From a virus (taxonomy: Duplodnaviria > Caudoviricetes), in IMG/VR virus record IMGVR_UViG_2877826310_000002, positions 19,922-83,921 of that record: a stretch of DNA of 64,000 bases; one strand, given 5' to 3'. Shown in pieces: positions 58,201 through 64,000 of this stretch (positions are counted from its first letter, which is position 1; each line of letters begins with the position of its first letter). The translations under genes and the position numbers were made by a program. The notes beneath the pieces are model-generated. The model made no database searches. It was not told where the DNA came from and was given only the letters and a program-made list of their open reading frames with translations.

Positions 58201-59634
58201 ATGCCTTGGTATAAAACCGGGACGGTTTCCGTTACCCAAAATTCAAACGCCGTTATTGGCAGTGGTACGGCATTCATTGCAAACAGCCGCGTCGGCGATG
58301 GCTTTCGTGGCCCGGATGGCGGCTGGTACGAGGTGACGAACATCGCCAGTGACACGGCCATGTCGATATCGCCAAACTATCAGGGTGCTACCAACGGCGC
58401 TGGCGGGTATGCGCTGGCTCCGCTGCAGGGCTACGTCAAGGAATCTGCTGACCGGCTGCGCGCTTTGGTTTTGCAGTACGGCGAAAAGCTGGCCGCGCTG
58501 GGCACGACCGGGAACTACGACATCCTGCCGGTGGCCAAGGGCGGGACTGGCGCTACTGATAGCGCTTCAGCGCTTACAAGTCTCGGCATGAAGGGCGGCG
58601 CTTACGACGCCCTGATCAAGAGCATCGGTTTTCGTGGTGCCCCGGTCGGTTACAACGTGCAAGGCCTTTACATGGGCTGGAATGGTAACAACGATGGCGG
58701 GGCGAATTATATATGCAACCGTGGCGGCGGCCTCGGCGGGCATGCCTGGTGGTCCGTTAACTCGGACAATACGGCGGCCGGCCCGGTAATGACGTACTCC
58801 TACAGCGGGGTCCTTTCTGTTGCTCAGCTGAGCGTCGTCGGCAGCCCAATTGCCCTCTCGTCAGGAGGGACAAGCGCCACTACAGCCGCGGGGGCCAGAA
58901 CAAATCTCGGGCTTGGGAGTGCAGCGATTGAAAATACAGTGCCGATCACAAAAGGTGGTACTGGCGGCACGGATGGCCCCAGCGCGCGCGCAGGATTGGG
59001 TTTGGGCGCGACCGATGCCGTTACCATCAGGGCGCTGGAGCTCACCCACACAACCCCTTGGGTAGATTTTCACTACAACAACACAGCCGCTGACTATGAC
59101 GTCCGCCTGATCAATGATTCGGCCGGGACGCTGACCCTCGATGGTCGCTTCGGATCGAAAGCAACTTGGTGCCGGACCGGCCTTAACGGATCGAGAGGCA
59201 CGACCGGTTATAACTTCAACTGGACCGGCTCATATGTGGACGTCTATATCGACGCAACCTACATCGGTTCAATGACGCTCTTCCAATCGGATTACCGCCT
59301 CAAGAAGTACATAAAGGAATTTTCCGCACCGTCTTTTCTGGATCGTATCGACGCGTACCGAATTGTCACCTACCAGCGCAAGAACTTTGGAGACGTATTT
59401 AAAGGAGGCAGTGACGTTTATCAGGGCCTGATCGCCCACGAAGCCAAAGAAGTGAACCCGCTGGCCGCATCGGGCGAGAAGGACGGCGTCGATGAAAACG
59501 GCAACCCGCGTATTCAGCAACTCGACCCGATGGCGCTGATCACCGATCTGATGGGTGCCGTCAAAGAGCTGCGCGCCGAACTGGCCGCGCTCAAGGCGTC
59601 GATTCAGCCAGCACCAGAACCTGTCACCGCATAA
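58201..59634 (+). CDS. Side tail fibre with C-terminal peptidase S74 chaperone domain
   Basis: MPWYKTGTV; GGTGAT repeats; SDYRLKK..GLIAHE. Confidence 0.88.
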   Translation: MPWYKTGTVSVTQNSNAVIGSGTAFIANSRVGDGFRGPDGGWYEVTNIASDTAMSISPNYQGATNGAGGYALAPLQGYVKESADRLRALVLQYGEKLAALGTTGNYDILPVAKGGTGATDSASALTSLGMKGGAYDALIKSIGFRGAPVGYNVQGLYMGWNGNNDGGANYICNRGGGLGGHAWWSVNSDNTAAGPVMTYSYSGVLSVAQLSVVGSPIALSSGGTSATTAAGARTNLGLGSAAIENTVPITKGGTGGTDGPSARAGLGLGATDAVTIRALELTHTTPWVDFHYNNTAADYDVRLINDSAGTLTLDGRFGSKATWCRTGLNGSRGTTGYNFNWTGSYVDVYIDATYIGSMTLFQSDYRLKKYIKEFSAPSFLDRIDAYRIVTYQRKNFGDVFKGGSDVYQGLIAHEAKEVNPLAASGEKDGVDENGNPRIQQLDPMALITDLMGAVKELRAELAALKASIQPAPEPVTA

Positions 59635-59698
59635 CACCTGCACAGCAACACCCGCACCCCGCCATCGAGCGGGTATTTTTTTGCCTGGAGAAACCCAA

Positions 59699-60232
59699 AT
59701 GCCGATCACCGCGCAGCAGCTGCTGCAGATACTCCCGAGCGCCGGCCAGAAAGCCGGCGTTTTTGCACCCGTCCTCAACACGGCGATGAGCAAGTACCAG
59801 ATCGTGACGCCGCTGCGCATCGCGGCTTTCATCGCCCAGGTCGGTCATGAGTCCGGCCAACTGCGCTACGTCCGCGAGATTTGGGGGCCGACTCCGCAGC
59901 AGTTGGGATACGAGGGGCGCAAAGACCTGGGCAATACCGTGCCGGGCGATGGCTCCAAATACCGTGGGCGCGGCCTGATCCAGATCACTGGGCGGGCGAA
60001 CTATGCCGAGTGCGCCGAAGCGCTGGGCCTGGATCTGATCAACCATCCCGAATTGCTCGAGCTGCCGCAGCATGCCGCGATGTCGGCAGCGTGGTTTTGG
60101 GGCAAGAGTGGGCTCAATACGCTGGCAGACAAGGGCGAATTTATCCAAATCACCCGCAAAATCAACGGCGGCACGAACGGTCTGGCCGATCGGCAGGCGC
60201 TGTACGCCCGAGCGCTTGAGGTGTTGGCATGA
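59699..60232 (+). CDS. Endolysin, glycoside hydrolase 19
   Basis: AAFIAQVGHESG..YRGRGLIQITGR..INGG. Confidence 0.93.
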   Translation: MPITAQQLLQILPSAGQKAGVFAPVLNTAMSKYQIVTPLRIAAFIAQVGHESGQLRYVREIWGPTPQQLGYEGRKDLGNTVPGDGSKYRGRGLIQITGRANYAECAEALGLDLINHPELLELPQHAAMSAAWFWGKSGLNTLADKGEFIQITRKINGGTNGLADRQALYARALEVLA

Positions 60233-60642
60233 GCGCTATTAAAGCGATAGGCCGCTGCTTGGGTATGGGGGCGGATGGTTCGGTCTGGTTCTTCTGCAAC
60301 GGTTGCAACGGTCCGCACAGCATAAAGGTCAACTCCCCGGGAACGCCGGGACCGAACTGGGGATACAACGGCAACCCCGATACGCCAACCTTTACGCCTT
60401 CTGTGCTGGCTCGAACGACAGGTGCGCCGGATGGGCGCAGCGTGATGACACCAGAAGAAGAGGCCGAGTACGACGCGATTTACGCGAAAGGCGGTCGAGA
60501 GGCGGTTTTCACCAGCCGATTCGGAAAAGTCTGCCACTCATTCGTAACAGACGGTCGCATCCAATATCTCGGTGACTGTACGCACGCACTTGCTGGTCAA
60601 ACGGTCGATCTTCCGAATTGGGAGGAGTCATGGGCGCGCTGA
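60229..60642 (+). CDS. DUF6527-like Cys/His protein
   Basis: CxGC..H, WGYNGN..PTFTPSV, CHSFVTDGRIQYLGDCTH. Confidence 0.7.
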   Translation: MSAIKAIGRCLGMGADGSVWFFCNGCNGPHSIKVNSPGTPGPNWGYNGNPDTPTFTPSVLARTTGAPDGRSVMTPEEEAEYDAIYAKGGREAVFTSRFGKVCHSFVTDGRIQYLGDCTHALAGQTVDLPNWEESWAR

Positions 60643-61160
60643 TGGGTGGATTCGCATACCGGCTCGGCGGCGTGCTGCTGATCCTTCTGGCTGTGGCCGG
60701 TGCGCTGTACGGCGCATACCGGCACGGCGTGAGCGTGACTGACAGCCAGTGGCAGGCGAAGTGGTCCGATCAGGTCAGCGCCCAGTCGCAGGCCGTGGCC
60801 ACCACCACGACCGAATACCGAACCGAAGAGCAACGCCGCCAGAGTGCGGCCAACCAGGTGGCAAACAATGCGAGACAAGAACAGGCCGTTGCGATTGCTG
60901 ATGCTGCTGGCGCTGACGCTGCTGGCGACCGGCTGCGCATCGAAGCAGGAAAGCTGGCAGCCACAGCAGGTTGTGTGCCCGGCGATACCGGAGCTTCCGA
61001 GCGAGGCAAGAATGCCACCCGTGCCGCAATGGTGCTCTCCGACCTGCTCAGCCGGGCTGACGCGCGAGCGGGAGACCTGGCGCGCCACGCTGACCGACTG
61101 ACCGTGTCGCTGCAGGCGTGCGAGGCTGCGTATCGTTCACTACTTATAAAAAGTGGGTGA
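60630..61160 (+). CDS. Rz-like inner spanin (DUF2514-like)
   Basis: N-terminal TM; RTEEQRRQ; ACEAAY end. Confidence 0.8.
   Translation: MGALMGGFAYRLGGVLLILLAVAGALYGAYRHGVSVTDSQWQAKWSDQVSAQSQAVATTTTEYRTEEQRRQSAANQVANNARQEQAVAIADAAGADAAGDRLRIEAGKLAATAGCVPGDTGASERGKNATRAAMVLSDLLSRADARAGDLARHADRLTVSLQACEAAYRSLLIKSG
60868..61101 (+). CDS. Rz1-like lipoprotein nested in the spanin gene
   Basis: Alternate frame; LLALTLLATGC lipobox, Pro/Cys-rich; start approximate. Confidence 0.65.
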   Translation: MRDKNRPLRLLMLLALTLLATGCASKQESWQPQQVVCPAIPELPSEARMPPVPQWCSPTCSAGLTRERETWRATLTD

Positions 61161-61303
61161 TTGTGATCGTCATCAGACCCTCACGAATACCCACCAAAAA
61201 CTGCATCATAGCTGTGGATAACTCTCCAGCCGCATAAAACAATGTACGTCTATTTGTACGTTTGGCAGAAACAACAAGGCCCCGCATCGCTGCGAGGCCT
61301 TGT

Positions 61304-61385
<82 letters not shown>

Positions 61386-61398
61386 GTAATGGGCTGCG

Positions 61399-61426
61399 AG
61401 TATATAGCTTCTGATGCGCTTGTAAA
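61399..61426 (-). promoter_or_regulatory. sigma70 promoter of tRNA-Thr
   Basis: TTTACA-16-TATACT followed by a GC-rich discriminator. Confidence 0.65.
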
Positions 61427-62144
61427 CCCTAGCTGTCTGATTCAGTTGAAAAAAATTGACCGTTGGTGCTCCAGGTAGGATGTGGGCGGGTGGTGGTGCA
61501 GGACGTTTCCTTCGGTTTAGGGGGATTGGTCTGTTTGATGTGTGTGAGCTCTGCGCTTTTGAACGCTGATTTTGCTTCTGCTGCGGGCGGCTTGAGCGTC
61601 AAGGGAGGCTGGATTTTTAACCTGGCCTTGCAAACCGATGCTTCCAGCGTTGATGGCTATCTGGCGTATGAAAAGGCGCTGGGCGGGGCTGATGGTTTTG
61701 GGGGTGTTGCAGGGCGGGGGGGCTTTGCATAGGCTTGTTCTCAACGGCCCAGGCTACTGAGTCAGCAGCACAGGCCGTTAGCTTTTCAGCCATGCAGACA
61801 AAGGATTGTCTGGTGAGTGATGCGATGGATCGTAACCGGGCTTGGGGTGTTGTGTGCCGCAGGCGGGTCATTCGCTGAGGAGTTGTTGAAGAATAGGTGT
61901 CATTGCGTCTGGCCTGTTGGGTCTTGCGCAAGGTGGGGCCGAGGATTGCTGTCTGAATCGCATGAATGTGCGTCTGGATGGTGGCGAAGGTTTCATCGAT
62001 GTTTCAAGAAATGCCCGAATCCTCTGGATTCGGGCATTTTCTTGTGGGCTGGTTCCTGTTGCGTGGCATTTGCACTGGAGCTATGGGCTTTTTGGCCGAT
62101 ATAGCTGTATCGAAAATGGCAGTCGGCCATGGACAGCTAGTGCA

Positions 62145-63158
62145 ATGCAGAGAACGCCTACGCATTACGAGCTGCTGAGTGTTGCTCGCGATGCCTCTCC
62201 TGAGCAGATCAAGAAGGCTTATCGCAAGCTGGCGCAGAAGCTGCACCCGGACAGGAATCCCGATCCTTATGCCTCGGACATGATGGGCGTGGTCAACGCG
62301 TCTCATGATGTGCTGGCTGACCCCGGACGGCGGGCGGCTTATGACGCGCAGCTGGCTGCCGATGAGCACAAGGCCCGTATCGAGGCGCAGCGTCGCAAGC
62401 AGGCGCATGCGGCGAAAGGGCAGGCGGTTCATGTTTATGCTGCAACCTCTGCCGCCGCGACTGTGACGCCTGCTCGGGCGGCTCAGGCAGGCCCGGCTCA
62501 CAAGGCGGCTCCTTCCCCTGCTTCACCTTCCAGTGGCAAGCGGCGTCGCAATGCGTGGCGCTGGGCGCTGGTGTTTGTGGTGTTCTGCGCAGGAGGGGCG
62601 TGGATGGGGTATGACCCGGAGGCGGGCAAGGCGTTTGTGCCGGCTGAACCGGTGCCTGTGGCGCAGACGTGGGCCAAACCTGCGCCCGCCGCACCGGTTG
62701 AAGAGCCTGTGGTCAGCCAGGCAAAGCCTGTTGAGGCGGTGGCGTCGGAGTGTGAGGTGCCCGCGCTGGATCCGATGGGCGCGCCGTGGTCGGACAAGGC
62801 GGGGTATGTGAAGGACATGCCGTTGCTCAAGGACAACGGCTGGTCGCAGATCACTGTGGATAACTCGGCGGGTGAGTCGGCGGTGTATGCCAAGGTCACG
62901 GATGCGGTGGGGCGCAGGGCGTTTCGGCATGCGTTCGTGCCGGCCGGGGCGGTGTTCAGTTTCGCCAAGATGGACCCGGGGCTGTATCTGCTCAAGTACA
63001 AGATGCTCAATACCGGCTGCGCCTTTGCGTCGGGGCGTATTTTGCTGGAGGAGACGCCGATGGGCAGTCAGATCAAGTCGAGTGCCTACAAGCTGACGTT
63101 GCGTAAGCTGCAGAATCGCAGCGTGCCGTTTACGCGGTTGAAGGATGATCAGTTTTAG
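62145..63158 (+). CDS. DnaJ-domain membrane protein
   Basis: HYELLSV..AYRKLAQKLHPDRN; central TM segment. Confidence 0.88.
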   Translation: MQRTPTHYELLSVARDASPEQIKKAYRKLAQKLHPDRNPDPYASDMMGVVNASHDVLADPGRRAAYDAQLAADEHKARIEAQRRKQAHAAKGQAVHVYAATSAAATVTPARAAQAGPAHKAAPSPASPSSGKRRRNAWRWALVFVVFCAGGAWMGYDPEAGKAFVPAEPVPVAQTWAKPAPAAPVEEPVVSQAKPVEAVASECEVPALDPMGAPWSDKAGYVKDMPLLKDNGWSQITVDNSAGESAVYAKVTDAVGRRAFRHAFVPAGAVFSFAKMDPGLYLLKYKMLNTGCAFASGRILLEETPMGSQIKSSAYKLTLRKLQNRSVPFTRLKDDQF

Positions 63159-63554
63159 AGGGCATTGTCTGTTTGTGCTCTGATAGCCGGAATCTGACGC
63201 AGAGTCACGGTGCTCCTATTTTGCTGTCGGTTCCCGACAGATCGTGGACAAGTCCACTCCCACGGCCTTCGGCCAGAATCCCAGGCATCGTGTGTGCCGG
63301 TATCATCTCCTACGGCCTTTGGTCAGCATCAAGAGCTGCGTGCGCAGAGATCATCTTTTGCAACGCTTTCAGGCCGGTTTTTGCAGGCATGGTCTCTTTC
63401 TTTTGAAGGACATTTCCGAGAGAATCCCCGACCGCTTGCGTCCCTCGATTTGTGCTTCTACTCTCCGCCCGTCGCTGCCCATCAGCGATCGGGTTTAGTA
63501 GCCCGCAGTGAGTTAAGGCGCAACACAGCCGTGTTTCATCAGGTTTTGTCCCGA

Positions 63555-63670
63555 TGCTATGGCGACTGTGCGCTTGGCACCTTCGGGTGCGCCGGTTCTT
63601 AGCTCACCGGTCTACTAACTTGCGTACAGTTGCCGCCTTTCGTTTAGTAGCGAACAGGCAGCGACTTCAT
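63555..63670 (+). ncRNA. Possible C4-antisense-like structured RNA
   Basis: GGCGACTGTGCGC/GCGTACAGTTGCC long stem, CACC-TTCG-GGTG hairpin, CTACTAA/TTAGTAG pairing; bounds approximate. Confidence 0.4.
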
Positions 63671-63685
63671 AGAAGGAGCTAAAAC

Positions 63686-64000
63686 ATGGTCAAAATAACC
63701 CCCGATCCACCCAACACCACTCCGGTCTTCGACAAGGCCGTCGTCAAACGCGCCATGGCGTGCTACCTGCCAGTCCCTCGGTCTCCCCGAGAACCCCACG
63801 ACAGCAAGTTCGACTTCATCAGCCTGGAAGCGACGTTGGTGCATGCGCTGGATTTCCTGCGTTGCGCATCGGCCACCGCTTACGAGCTCGGCGATGAATT
63901 GACCGGCTCACAACGCGATCTGGCCTTCGCCTCCATGCACATGGTGGAGATGGCCAAAGTGATGATCGAGCGCTCGGTGGAGTGTGTCGAAGAGGTCTGA
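63686..64000 (+). CDS. Small Pseudomonas protein (DUF3077/DUF6124-like)
   Basis: MVKITPDPP..TAYELGDELTGSQR; AGGAG RBS. Confidence 0.7.
   Translation: MVKITPDPPNTTPVFDKAVVKRAMACYLPVPRSPREPHDSKFDFISLEATLVHALDFLRCASATAYELGDELTGSQRDLAFASMHMVEMAKVMIERSVECVEEV

Noticed and set aside
62855-62863. DnaA box in the dnaJ-like gene
   Set aside because: Lies within coding sequence (ITVDN); probably chance

Overview
Pseudomonas syringae-group chromosome (the avrPto allele is pv. tomato-like) with two prophages in tandem at tRNA-Thr(TGT). 1-16.97 kb is the right part of a P2/HP1-like contractile-tail prophage (tail, lysis, baseplate, fibre) carrying HrpL-regulated avrPto as a moron. 16975-61358 is a ~44 kb lambdoid/HK97-like prophage bounded by 55-bp att repeats. 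It looks defective: three IS insertions (dnaB, tape measure, tail I) and an amber stop in tail J. The main finding lies in its PL operon (21.5-23.0 kb). A lone 189-aa RAMP/Cas7-like gene and a coupled partner gene are preceded by two non-coding arrays of NN-GGY pentamers, each followed by hairpins. Read with every third base skipped, the variable dinucleotides spell phage protein motifs. One is the phage DnaB motif G-V-T-E-L-I-V-G-K, which the prophage's own dnaB nearly but not fully matches. This suggests an RNA-guided, gapped-code system against competing phages (inference, untested). Also notable: three non-canonical (8/4-type) tRNAs after the Q gene, and perfect DnaA boxes in both att arms.
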